Source: Octopus sinensis
Lineage: Eukaryota
Direction of reading: 5' to 3'
Assembly: GCF_006345805.1 (NCBI RefSeq)
Contig: NC_043016.1
Location: forward strand, 8,494,001 to 8,558,000
Length of the DNA: 64,000 bases
The notes beneath the pieces are model-generated. The model had not been told where the DNA came from. It saw only the letters and a program-made list of their open reading frames with translations, and did not search any database. The translations under genes and the position numbers were made by a program. This document shows, in pieces, positions 51,489-63,925 of the stretch (within the stretch, counting starts at the first letter, position 1; every line of letters starts with the position of its first letter).

Positions 51489-52519
51489 GTGATGGGCTTC
51501 TTTTAGTTTCCATCTACCAATCCACTCACAAGACTTTGGTCGACCCGATGTTATAGTAGAAGACACTTGCTCAAGATGCCATGCAGTGGGACTGAACACA
51601 GAACCATGTGTTTCATAAGCAAGCTACTTAACACACAACCACTCCTACATAAATAAAGTAATCCATAAAGGGACAGATAATAAAGTCAGGGATGGAGAGA
51701 GATGCACACAAGGTAGCCAGCCAGTAATTTCTCAGATATTCAACATGAACGACAGACGATATCCCAGAACCTAAAAAGACACCACAAAGTGACCAATGCA
51801 CACACAGATACAAAACATGTCCTGTTCAACACTATCTATTTCTTTACTGCCCACAAGGGGCTAAACACAGAGGGGACAAACAAGGACAGACAAACGGATT
51901 AAATCAATTACATCGACCCCAGTGTGTAACTGGTACTTAATTTATCGACCCCGAAAGGATGAAAGGCAAAGTCGACCTCGGCGGAATTTGAACTCGGAAC
52001 GTAACGACAGACGAAATACCTATTTCTTTACTACCCACAAGGGGCTAAACACAGAGGGGACAAACAAGGACAGACAAACGGATTAAGTTGATTATATCGA
52101 CCCCAGTGCGTAACTGGTACTTAATTTATCGACCCCGAAAGGATGAAAGGCAAAGTCAACCTCAGCGGAATTTTAACTCAGAACGCAGCGGCAGACGAAA
52201 TACCGCAAAGCATTTCGCCCGGCGTGCCAACGTTTCTGCCAGCTCACTGCCTTATAAGAGGTGTATCAGTAGATACACTGTTCAACACTATCACATTCAC
52301 AGTATGTATCCTGTTGATCTCTTCGCCAGCACAAAGCAGTTGATAGTGAATCGATGTAGTGAATATTTGTGTATACAATAAGCAAATGCAAGTGTCATTT
52401 AAATGAATTATTTAAACTACAAACCAATGTTATTCCATTGTTTACTTTGAAGTCGTACACATGTTTATTTCATCTGCTACCTCAACATCTACTGATGCAC
52501 CTTTTCCACTACATATATA

Positions 52520-53412
52520 TTAGGTCATCCCATAAATAAGGTGGTTTTATTCATTTGCATGAACTAAAAGTCATAGGAAGACGGGATAAACTACCTGCAT
52601 CAACTTGCTATAGAAGCAGGTAGTTATTTTACCTTGTCCTTGTTCTTAGTGCAAGTTTTGAAGAGTGCTGTTAGATTTTAACAGTAACTTTTCAAAACTA
52701 TAATGGAAGTGGCAAAGGAGCATATGTGGCATATTTTTCTCTATGAGTTCAATAAAGGCAACAATGCAACAGCAAGTGTGAGGAATATTAATGCAGTATA
52801 TGGGGATCAGACAATAAACATAAGCCAGTGTCAAGAGTGGTTCCAGAAATTCCAAGCCGGAAACTACAGCCTAGAAGGCGAGCCTCATCTTGGAAGATCT
52901 GTATAGCTCAACGAGATTGCCCTTCAAATCCTGGTTGAATAAAATCCCATTGTAACAGTTGAAGAACTAGCAGAGAAGCTTGGATTTGGTCATTCAACCA
53001 TTCATCGACCATCTTTGGTTTCAAGACAAAAGGTGTTCTTCTATCAGGATAATGCTCAGCCACATACAGTGAGGATGACATTCCAAAGGCTGGAGCAGTC
53101 TGAATGGGAAACGATGCCCTACCCACCATATTCACCAGACATTGCCCCATCTGATTATCATTTATTCCAGTCTTCAAAATCATTTGGACAAAAAAATATC
53201 AATTCTGTAGATGGAGTCAGAACAATACTGGAAGAGTATTTTTCATCACAGACAACTGAATTTTGGAAGAGGGGCCTTGCAAATCTACCAAATAGATGGA
53301 AGCACATTGTAGAAAATAAAGGAAAGTATATTTTAGATTAAAAAAAAGAACTTCGTTTATCTCAATTCTGAAAAATAAGTATAAAAACCACACCATTTAT
53401 GGGATGACCCAA
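52520..53412 (+). mobile_element. Internally deleted mariner (DD34D-type) transposon
   Basis: TIRs ttaggtcatcccataaat / atttatgggatgacccaa flanked by TA. N-terminal HTH ORF 52703-52906 and C-terminal DNAQPH...PPYSPDIAPSDYHLF ORF 53015-53341. Confidence 0.93.
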
Positions 53413-53707
53413 TACATATGGCCTAGTGGGTAGGTTGTTTCACTCACAATCACCAGATTGCGGGTTCAATTCCCAGATCAAGCATTGCATTGTGTTTAAA
53501 GAAAAACACTTCCTGTCCAGTCCACTCAGCTGTAAATGGGTGAACCTGCAAAGGTCTGGCCTTCTGATCAGAGGGAATGTTAGCCTGCTTGCCTAGCCAG
53601 CAAGGTTGCACGATTCAAAAGATATAATGATGCAAAACACATTGTGACTAGTGATGTATAACAATAATCCGATAGTCTAGCAATCACACAATCTATACAT
53701 ATACACA

Positions 53708-53772
<65 letters not shown>

Positions 53773-54107
53773 ATGTGCGCGTGCATGCCTGCCTTTGTGC
53801 CTGTGTGTGTATGCATCATTAGCTCATTCCATTTAACATCTGTTTTTGCTTGCTGATATGGATTTGACTGAGAGGTAATTTGAGCAAGAATTTTCTGGGC
53901 AGATGCTATTTCTGTTGCCAACCCTCACCTGTTTATTCAAGTGTGGGAGTTTGTATTCCAGAAGAATTCAAAGTTCAGAAGTATCAGGTGGTTTGTTGAT
54001 AAGAAAAGTCAACAAACATCACCAATTGTGTCCAAACATAAAAAAATGGCTTTTATAGTGGAGCTGTGTATGTGTTACCATTTATAGCCATTGCACAGAA
54101 TGGTCTC

Positions 54108-54207
54108 NNNNNNNNNNNNNNNNNNNNNNNNNNNNNNNNNNNNNNNNNNNNNNNNNNNNNNNNNNNNNNNNNNNNNNNNNNNNNNNNNNNNNNNNNNNNN
54201 NNNNNNN
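54108..54207. other. Assembly gap (100 N)
   Basis: Run of N of standard placeholder length; true size unknown. Confidence 0.99.
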
Positions 54208-54951
54208 TGGGCAGAAACTTAGCATGCCGGGCGAAATGCTTAGCGGTATTTCGTCTGCCGTTTACGTTCTGAGTTCAAAGTCCGCTGAGGTCAACTTTGT
54301 CTTTCATCCTTTCGGGGTCGATTAAATAAGTACTAGTTATGCACTGGGGTTGATATAATCAACTTAAACCATTTGTCTGTCCTTGTTTGTCCCCTGTCTG
54401 TGTAGCCCCTTGTGGGGGGGGGGGGCAGTATAAAATAGCTGGGAAGCTGAAGGGCTGCCCCAGGCTACAATTGTCTGTTTTGGCATGGTTTCTACAGCAT
54501 GATGCCCTTGCTAACACCAATTGCCTTTACAGAGTGTACTCAGTGCTTTTTATGAGTCAACATAGGTGTTTTTGTTTTTTTTATGTGGCACAAGCATGGA
54601 TGCTTTTTACATGGTGGCTCTTTGGAGCTAAATTGAGTTCTGAGGGTTTCAAAATTCGTTTTCAATTCGGTTTTTGGGAGCTATTTTACTGTTGGGTAGA
54701 ACTACTACAGTTAAGTACCTGGGATCATTGAACAATGTGAACTAGTTACAGAATATGTGGTCAGAATTTTGGGAGTCAGTCAACCACTCAACTTTGTAAA
54801 TACCAAAACACAATTCAAAAATGTTAATAAAAGGATTGCATGGTTTATATAAGTACACTTCTGCATTTAGTAGCAATTTCATAAATTGATATCTGTCACT
54901 GACAATGATTTGGTTCAGATCATAGCTGGCAAGTGAAATAATAAAGGCATA

Positions 54952-55180
54952 ATAACAAGTGTATTAGTAAAGGTGTATCAACACAGGTGTAATTAACACA
55001 AGTGCATTAACACAGGTGTATCAGCATCAGAGTAATAACAAGGTGTATTAAAACAGGTGCATTGACACAGGTGTATTTACACAGGTGCATTAATACAGGT
55101 GCATTAACACAGGTGCATTAACACAGATGTCATAACAAAAGGAGTAGTAACTCAGGTATGGTAGCACAGGTGCAATAACT
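54952..55180. repeat. 14-bp minisatellite (ACAGGTGCATTAAC)n
   Basis: Exact 14-bp spacing of CAG(G/A)TG at 55054, 55068, 55082, 55096, 55110, 55124. Confidence 0.9.
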
Positions 55181-57004
55181 AATATAAAATCACATAAAAA
55201 TCTACCATCCACCAGAAAATTTTCTAGAATTTGTAGGATAATACAAAAATTTAAATTCTTAAACAATGGTTTCTAACTTAGGCACAAAACCTGTGATTTT
55301 CACGGAATGGAGTTACTAAAAAATCATCACTTCCAGTATTTAACTAGTACTTTATGGCAATGGCCCCAAAAGGATAAAAGGCAATATCCGCTCTGGTGAG
55401 ATTTGAATTGAGAACATAAAAAGCTGGAATAAATACCATATTGTATCTTTTCTGACACTTTAACATTTCTGCCAGAGTGCCACCTTTGAATTATTAAATA
55501 ATGAAATAGTTTTGTGTAAACTTTATAGCTCTGTGTTGCTGCCACATAAAGAGCACTCAGGACACTCTGTAAAGTGGTTGGCTTTAGGAAGGGCATCCTG
55601 CCATAGGAACCATACCAAAACAGACAAAATGGAGCCTGGGCAGTTCTTTAGCTGGCCAGTTCCCATCAAACTGCCCAACCCATACCTCCTTCTTCTTATT
55701 ATTCTCTCTCTCTCTGTCTCTCTATCTCAATATTTCTTCCTTCTTACTGAGTAACCATGTACCGCCTCTATAGCAAAACACCTGTTTCTGCCTCTCTGTC
55801 TCTCTGTTACACTCTAACCTTTCATCATCTGATCCTGGATCACCTCCTCAAATGCCCTCACCCCTCTCATAATTCCTTGTCTTGTGAGTTTCTTGGCTAC
55901 ACTGCCAGTGCTGATGCCATGTTAAAAGCATCCGGTCCACTCTGTTAAGTGATTGGCATTTGGAAGGGCATCCAGCCATAGGAACGATGCCAAAACAGAA
56001 AATTGGAACCTGGTGCAGTTCCTGGCCCTGCCAACTCCTGTCAAATCCTCCAACCTATGCCAGCATGGAAAATGGACATTAAATGATGTTGATGATGATG
56101 ATGATATATCTGTGAGAAATTATGATAAACAAAAATTTATATAATTTGTTTCCTCTATATATGTTTCACCGTTATGGTTGTTTGGAAACACAGTGCTGGA
56201 TGTTCCAAGTACAATCGGATGCTTAACCACAACGGATAAGCAAGGGAACACTTTATTGCATCATGTTACAGAGATCAAACGTCTAAAGCAGACAAGATAG
56301 CAAAACATTTTATAAATGAGCCGAGAAGGAAATAAATAGAAAGCTAATGTCACAGAAAAAATAGAGGAAAAGGGAGAGGAAGGGGTGAAAGGAGAAAATA
56401 TACATACATCATACACAAATATACACACAATCATCATCATCATCATAACCACCACCACCACTACCACCACCACCACCATCACAATCATCATCATCATCAT
56501 CATCATCATCACCACCACCACCACCACCACCACCACCACCACCACCATCACCATCATATATGCTGTTTACTTGACTTTCAGAATCGAGCAACTTTGCAAT
56601 TTTAAGAAATTAATCATGTAAATAAATTTTACATTCTGCAATCATGTATTGTTTGTTTGAGTGTATATATTTGTCATATATAATGTAAACTGGATTACAA
56701 ATTCATATGCAAAGGTTTCAGTGTATAATCAATCATCAATTTATGGCCTTCATCATAATTAACATAGACATTTGACTATCCGACAATTGATGGGTTTGGG
56801 CTTGTTATTTCTTTACCTAATACAAGATAAATATATTTTTAAAAATTTTTAAAAGTACACACACTTCCAACATAAAAATATGGTTTTATGTTTCAAACAA
56901 GAAAAATAACACACACACACACAAGTAAATATATGTATACATTTAATATTAACTGCTGGAAAAAGAGTACTCAATACAAAACTTTATTTTAATTGAATCA
57001 CCCT

Positions 57005-57052
57005 CTTGCTACTCTGAGTTTCATTTGTAGGTACATAAGATCTTCAGGCAAG
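57005..57052 (-). ncRNA. Hammerhead ribozyme motif, sense to STIM pre-mRNA (core intact, stem II poor)
   Basis: Minus strand: CTTGC-CTGAAGA-(18 nt)-GAAA-CTC A GAG-TA-GCAAG. Stem I is 5 bp, stem III is palindromic, the site is GUA. Confidence 0.72.
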
Positions 57053-58478
57053 TTGTGTATCACAACTTGCCTGAAGATCCTATGCACCAACAGAGACTGA
57101 CTCAGCCAATATTACACACACAGTCACGTGTGTGTGTGTGTGGGTGGGTAATCAATAGGTAAGAGAATGTGAAAGAACAAATAAATAGTTCAATAGCAAC
57201 ATACAATAAGAGTCAAGACTATTGAAAAGGTTGCAAGACGCAACGAAAATTTTAGGAAAGTAAAAATAAGAAATAAGTGGAAATTTTTTCCAGTGAGTGT
57301 GTTAAATTATAAGGCACAAAAACAAAATGACTTTCCCCAGGACACAACAGAATATGCTTCAACACACAAGAATCTTGCAAACCAATTCCAAAAACGAAAT
57401 ACATACAATAAATGCTCTGACTAAACCGAGGACCTAAACTCCGATGTTAAGTGCAGGGATATAAGGTCCCAAGAAATAAGGGTTGGCTATAGACAGTATA
57501 CAGGTTGAGCTGATGAGAATAAAATATGAATAGGCAGTTGTAAGGCATTAAGTCATTTATAACATATTTATGCAGAAGAGAGGACACCCCCCCCCCACAT
57601 ACATACACATATATGAAGAGAATCTGCATGGCAAAGATTCATATTGATTCAGTGTAGACATGTACAAAACCAGGAAAAATCATAGCTCCAGGTTGATTCC
57701 AACTTGATAAGTAAACGAAGTGTCCATGGGAGCACTGGTAAAAACCTCACAATGACAAGAGAAGTGTAAGCAGTTCTTTACCAAGACTAGACAGGTATAC
57801 AGGTACATAAATTCTGAATTCTGGCATGGGTTGGATGGTTTGACCAGAGCCGGCAAGTTGGGGCGCTGCACCAGACTCCAGTCTGATTTGGTATGGTTTC
57901 TATGTCTGGATGCCCTTCCTAATGCCAACCACTTTACAGAGTGTACTGGGGGAGCTTTTTATACGTGGGTGCTTTACAAGTGCTTTTGTGGTGCTCCGTG
58001 GGTGCTTTTATGTGGCATCACACAGGTGTTCCTACATGGCACTGCATGGCCACTTTTATGTGTTGCCACAAGGGTAATTTTGCATGGTACTGCACAGGCA
58101 CTTTTTTACATGGTGTCACCACAAGTGCTTTACACCACCAGAAAGATTGGTCTTAAGCCCTTTGCTGCAGGGTACGGGTCTCCTTGAGTAAGGCCAGGCA
58201 CCAGGTACCTCGGTCCTTTGTCCTCTTCATATTTTCTTATACACACACAGATATCCTTTATTATACCATTCTATCTGTGTAAACACTACTTGGTGTTTCC
58301 AACTTATCTATGTATTATTCACAAGGCATGTTTGCTAAATACAAGATTAAGCATTCAAATGCATCAAATGACATTACTTTGTGTCTAGAAATGAACCTTT
58401 CCAAAATGAATGGTGCCCATTAACTTTTGAGGGAGGCGGGGGTGAGTGTAAATATAAAAGTAGAGAGAATGTCCTTAC

Positions 58479-58653
58479 CGTTCTTGCAATTCTTTTAAGG
58501 ATTCTTCTGCTATTTGAAGAGATTCCCAGTCCCGCATCATTTTTTTCACGTGAGCCTGAGAATATTTGTGTTGAAGATACGCAAACCAGCATCCACCAAT
58601 GGCAATGATGAGAGAAGCAATCAAGGTCAAGTCTTTAATATAACTGTGACCTT
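58479..58653 (-). CDS. STIM: STIM exon: transmembrane helix + start of CC1 (..GHSYIKDLTLIASLIIAIGGCWFAYLQHKYSQAHVKKMMRDWESLQIAEESLKELQER)
   Basis: Translation closely matches the STIM1 TM/CC1a1 region (GGCWFAY, KKMM.D.E.L..AE.SL..LQER). Acceptor ctttcag|AAG, donor CG|gtaagg; 175 nt, phase 1 in / 2 out. Confidence 0.96.
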
Positions 58654-59160
58654 CTGAAAGCAGAAAAAATATATACACAATAAGAAGGTAGTGATAGATG
58701 AGTGGTCAAGGAACTTGGCTAATAACTAAATCTAAGACTGTTAAGATAATCCTGGATTGGTGCTGATCATAAAGTCAAACCCAAGAAGGCAGAACATAAG
58801 AAAGCCAAATTCCAAATGACCTAAAAATCAAAAGACTGAATGCTCAAAGCACCAAAGTTTGAAATAGTTTAGGGGAAAATAATTTCAAAAAATAATTTTA
58901 AATACCATTTTACAATGAAATTTATTTGAAAAACTTATATTACTCTTTTACTTGTTTCAGTCATTTGACTGTGGCCATGCTGGAGGACTGCCTTTAGTCA
59001 AGCAAATCGACTCCAGGACTTATTCCTTGTAAGCCTAGTACTTAATCTATCGGTCTCTTTTGCTGAACAACCAAGTTACGGGGACATAAACACACCAGCA
59101 TCAGTTGTCAAGCAGTGTTGGGGGGGACAAACACAAACACAAACATATACACACAGACAT

Positions 59161-59205
<45 letters not shown>

Positions 59206-60340
59206 TACGACGGGCTTCTTTCAGTTTCCATCTACCAAATCCACTCACAAGGCTTTGGTCGGCCCGAGGCTATAGCAGAAGACACTTGCCCAAGGTGCCA
59301 CGCAGTGGGACTGAACCCGGAACCATGTAGTTGGTAAGCAAGCTACTTACCACACAGCCACACCTATCTACAGTTTAACACAACAAATTATCTACAGTTT
59401 AACGCCCACTTTTCTATGTTGACTTAGTTGGACAGAAATCTTGTTGAGTCAGATGTTCTATGGATGGAGGTCCTACTTGTCACCAACCTTCACCTGTTTC
59501 CATGTAAGGCAATACTTTCCCATAACCAGACATATTCCCACAGAAGATTGGAAACTAAGGACATCTCTTGCATGACAGTTACACTCATTTGCAACTATCA
59601 CATGATGTCCAGGCAAGGGAGTAATACCTATTTCTTTACTACCCACAAGGGGCTAAACACAGAGGGGACAAACAAGGACAGACAAACGGATTAAATCGAT
59701 TATATTGACCCCGGTGCGTAACCGGTACTTATTTAATCGACCCTGAAAGGATGAAAGGCAAAGTCGACCTCGGCAGAATTTGAACTCAGAACGTAAAGAC
59801 AGACGAAATACTGCTAAGCATTTCCTCCGGCGTGCTAATGTTTCTGTCAGCTTGTCGCCTTAAGGGAGTAATACCATACACATACACACACACATGCACA
59901 CACATACACACACACACACACATAATGGGCTTCTACACAGTTTCTGTCTACCAAACCCACTTACAATGCTTTGGTCAACCCAGGACTAAAGTAGAACACA
60001 TTTGCCCAAGGTGCCACACAATGAAAGGTTCAGTTTGTACATTAGGCCTATGTAGCAAAAAGAGTGAATGTAAAGGGAGATAAGCAAGTGTAAGCTTATG
60101 ATTCTTCCATTAAAATTCAGCCATTTTAATTATTTTCCTTTGTTTGCGTTTCTTTTGAAAGTATATAAAAAAAATATTGAACAATGAGAGACTTTAAAGA
60201 ACAAAAGAATTTAATAAATAAACTGTTTCGGTTGTTATGTCTTCGATATCATATCCCTGCAATACACTATTACTCATTTGTTAATTAGTTACGTAAGTTA
60301 ATACGCTCATTATATTTTGATTACATTCATTATTGTAGCA

Positions 60341-61278
60341 TCTATATATATAAAACTCAGTAAGTGTGTGTCTGTGTAAACCTACAAAACGTCTGAAGTT
60401 CACAACTGATTTTCTTCAAACTAGGAACATACATTACTTCCAGAGATGATTTTAGTCTCTTAGAATCTTTCACATAATGAGTAATGGAGCCTCTGGGGCC
60501 AGAAACCCCCCCCTTTCCTGGGTACGTATGACTGCTGTGGAGAAGGGAAGTAACTCTTTGCAAAGTAACTTTTCTTAAAATTTGCTGAGATATTGATATC
60601 ATTTACCTTTTTTTATTGGCGTTTTATTATTAATGTACAATTGCCATCTTAGTTTATTACATCATATTTCTTGACATAATAATTGGTCGAAAAACAGCAA
60701 TAGCACAGAAATTGAAAAGAAGGAGAAGAAATCAATCGTCACATGAGATTTCAATTAGACAATCACAAAATGTTGCATGTACAGCTACTGCAAGAGTGCA
60801 ATGGAAAGTGATGAGCAGCATGGTATTTGCCTGGCCAGGAATGCTGCATTAACAGATTCAACCAATCCCCGCCCCCCCCCCCACTTACCATGCCATTTCT
60901 TTCATGTAGATTTTTCCCATGTGGTACTGCTGAGCACACCCACAGGCTTAATTTATCACACAGATGTAATTCCTATGTCTGCTGATTGCTCAGCATGGCA
61001 GCGGCAGTACCAACAGCCACAAAGGTGTGTATATTCACTGAGAGCTTTTTGCTGCATTCAAAAATGACATACCCACGACCCACTTTTCCATAACAAGGTT
61101 AGGGCCTGGAACCTTCCAAAGAGATGCACAATATGTCAGTCGAATTAGCCCTTCATTTACTCCTCAAATGTTTTGCCTTTAATGTTGTACTTCCCTGTAT
61201 CACATGTTTCACCTTAACTGTATCATATATACAAACCATGCCATTTAAATCCCAAGCAACGCCGGGTATGTCTGCCAG
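60341..61278 (+). mobile_element. Non-autonomous Helitron
   Basis: Inserted between A and T. Starts TCTATATATATAAAA; ends with a GC-rich hairpin CCCAAGCAACGCCGGG followed by CCAG (a CTAG variant). Confidence 0.72.
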
Positions 61279-63406
61279 TAGTACAATATAATACTAAATG
61301 TTATATTTCTCAAATAAACTCCAATTTAAACTCTAAATAGATATTTTTAAGACTGTTTCTCTTCTAATTTTCCCCTAAAATAGTAACTCTAACAGCTAGT
61401 AAATGTGTTACATGTTCCTCCATTTCAAAAATGCAAATAAATATATTTTTTAAGACCTATATTTCTTCTATTCACCTAAAATAGCTATTCTAACATAATA
61501 AAAGAAACAAAATACTCTATATGTCTCTCAAACTCCCTTTAAAAAAATCTTTTTTTTTAAATGTTTTTAAAACTATTTTTCATATTTTCTTCCAGTTTAT
61601 TTCAAAATTTAGTCTTGTGAATATCTGGTCTTTCAATCTCAGTATAGTGATTGTTATGTCACTTCAAATTCAGATTCCTCACATTTGATCACATGATTCC
61701 AACCCAGTCTGATTGCCCCCACTGACATAGAATTATGCTTCACTCACTTCTGTCTGTCTGATAGAATAATATAAAGTAACTTCAACTTGGTCAAGAAAAC
61801 TTTAAAAAAAAAAAAAAATCAGTTATAGGCGCAGGAGTGGCTGTGTGGTAAGTAGCTTGCTAACCAACCACATGGTTCCGGGTTCAGTCCCACTGCGTGG
61901 CATCTTGGGCAAGTGTCTTCTGCTTATAGCCCCGGGTCGACCAATGCCTTGTGAGTGGATTTGGTAGACGGAAACTGAAAGAAGCCTGTCGTATATATGT
62001 ATATATGTGTGTGTTTGTGTGTGTGTGTTTGTCCCCCTAGCATTGCTTGACAACCGATGCTGGTGTGTTTACGACGCCGTATCTTAGCGGTTCGGCAAAA
62101 GAGACCAATAGAATAAGTACTGGGCTTACAAAGAATAAGTCCCGGGGTCGATTTGCTCGACTAAAGGCGGTGCTCCAGCATGGCCGCAGTCAAATGACTG
62201 AAACAAGTAAAAGAGTAAAAGAGTAAGAGAGTTAAATCTCCTTCAAATTACAACCAATCATCTTTTAAAATGTCACAAACACAGTCAACAATGTTGTTCT
62301 ATGTATCCAAAAACATGGAATGATCATAACTGGAAAGCATTTGACCATTGGTGTGCTCAACGAGAACAACAAAAGTTGTGGAGTAATTAACTCAATTGAT
62401 TATAAAATAAATAAATATCCAGGCTCATATCAATAGGTATTTTAGATTCATTAAGAAATTAGGTCTGTGAGGGTCTCTCAAAAAAGGCTAAATACTTAGT
62501 CACAGTCTGTTTACTTATTTATTCATAACACTTGTACTGACACTTTTGTGAGTATGTATTGATTATTAAACTGCAGAAAGAACCAGGGAAACAAAACTGA
62601 GTCGAGTCAATTGTTTAGCAAACAAGAGAAGTTAAGTTTAAATCAAAGGCAAGTGAATGATTTATTACATGAATTAACTTTGTGAAACTCAGAAAGAGGT
62701 TGGTAAATAAGGAGAATATTTGATGTAAAGTGTTGCACAGTAGATGTGAGATATACGTGCAGTAGTATAATGTAAGAGAAGTAGACAGATGCATGATAAA
62801 AGGCGGCGAGCTGGCAGAAACGTTAGCACGCCAGGCGAAATTCGTAGCCGTATTTTGTCTGTCATTACGTTCCGAGTTCAAATTCCATCGAGGTCGACTT
62901 TGCCTTTCATCCTTTCAGGGTCGATAAATAAGTACCAGTTACACACTGGGGTCGATATAATCGACTTAATCCGTTTGTCTGTCCTTGTTTGTCCCCTCTA
63001 TGTTTAGCCCCTTGTGGGTAGTAAAGAAATAGATGCATGATAAAACTGCAGTGCAGTAGGTGTGTAATGTAAATTCAGTACTGCAGCTGTGTGATATGAG
63101 TATAGTGCTTAAGTGTGTGATAATACTGTAGTATTCAAACCGGTCATATCAGGCCCAAATATTCAGTTTTATGTTCAAACTAGCCAGATCTGGCCTCTCA
63201 CACCTTCCGGACAATGTCATTATAAAAACAAACAATCAGGTCATCAAAATCTCAGAGCCTGAGGAGAATGCATAAGTAATTCAAAATAATGTGAATAAAT
63301 AAGTATTACATTTGACAGAATAATCTGAACACTAAAGAGATAAAGGTGGGATACAGTATCTGTAGATGTGTCATAAAAGTAGTATCAGTGACTGGATCAT
63401 TAGACA

Positions 63407-63925
63407 TCATCATCATCATACTCATCATTTAACATCCATTTTCCATGCTAGCATGGGTTGCACGGTTCAACCGGGGTCTGGTAAGCCATGGCGGCTGCAC
63501 CAGGCCTCAGTCTGATTTGGTAGTGTTTCTACAGCTAGATGCCCTTCCTAATGCCAACCACTCCGTGAGGGTAGTGGGTGTTTTTTATGTGCCACCAGCA
63601 CAGGAGAGGCTGGCAAACGGCCATGATCGGTTGGTGCTTTTACGTGTCACTGACACGGACACCAGTCAGGCAATGCTGGTATCTGCCACATTCGGATGGT
63701 GCTTTTTACATGTCACTGGTACGGGTGTCTTAACTACAATTTTCATTTGAATTTTTACTTTGATGTTGATGTCCTCAAGGACAGCAGGTCACTCTATGAT
63801 CCAAGGTTAGCACAGCAGGCTGTCCTGTGAGCCATGGACTCACTTCATTTGTCGGGTCTTCAAAGTCACAGCATATCTCCAGAGGTCTCGGTCTTTCATC
63901 ATAGCCTCTGTGAGACTCAAAGTAC
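63407..63925 (-). mobile_element. SINE-like family 2 with (ATG)n tail (other copies: 1727-2030, 19176-19550, 27335-27462, 43344-43560; opposite orientation 32930-33222)
   Basis: catcatcatc-tttaacgtccgttttccatgctagcatgggttggacgg..ggatgcccttcctaacgccaacc recurs many times. Confidence 0.85.

Noticed and set aside
53580-53921. ORF starting MATEIASAQKILAQ that looks coiled-coil-like
   Set aside because: It starts in a recurrent interspersed-repeat motif, runs into a (CA)n tract, and has no suitable splice sites or STIM similarity.
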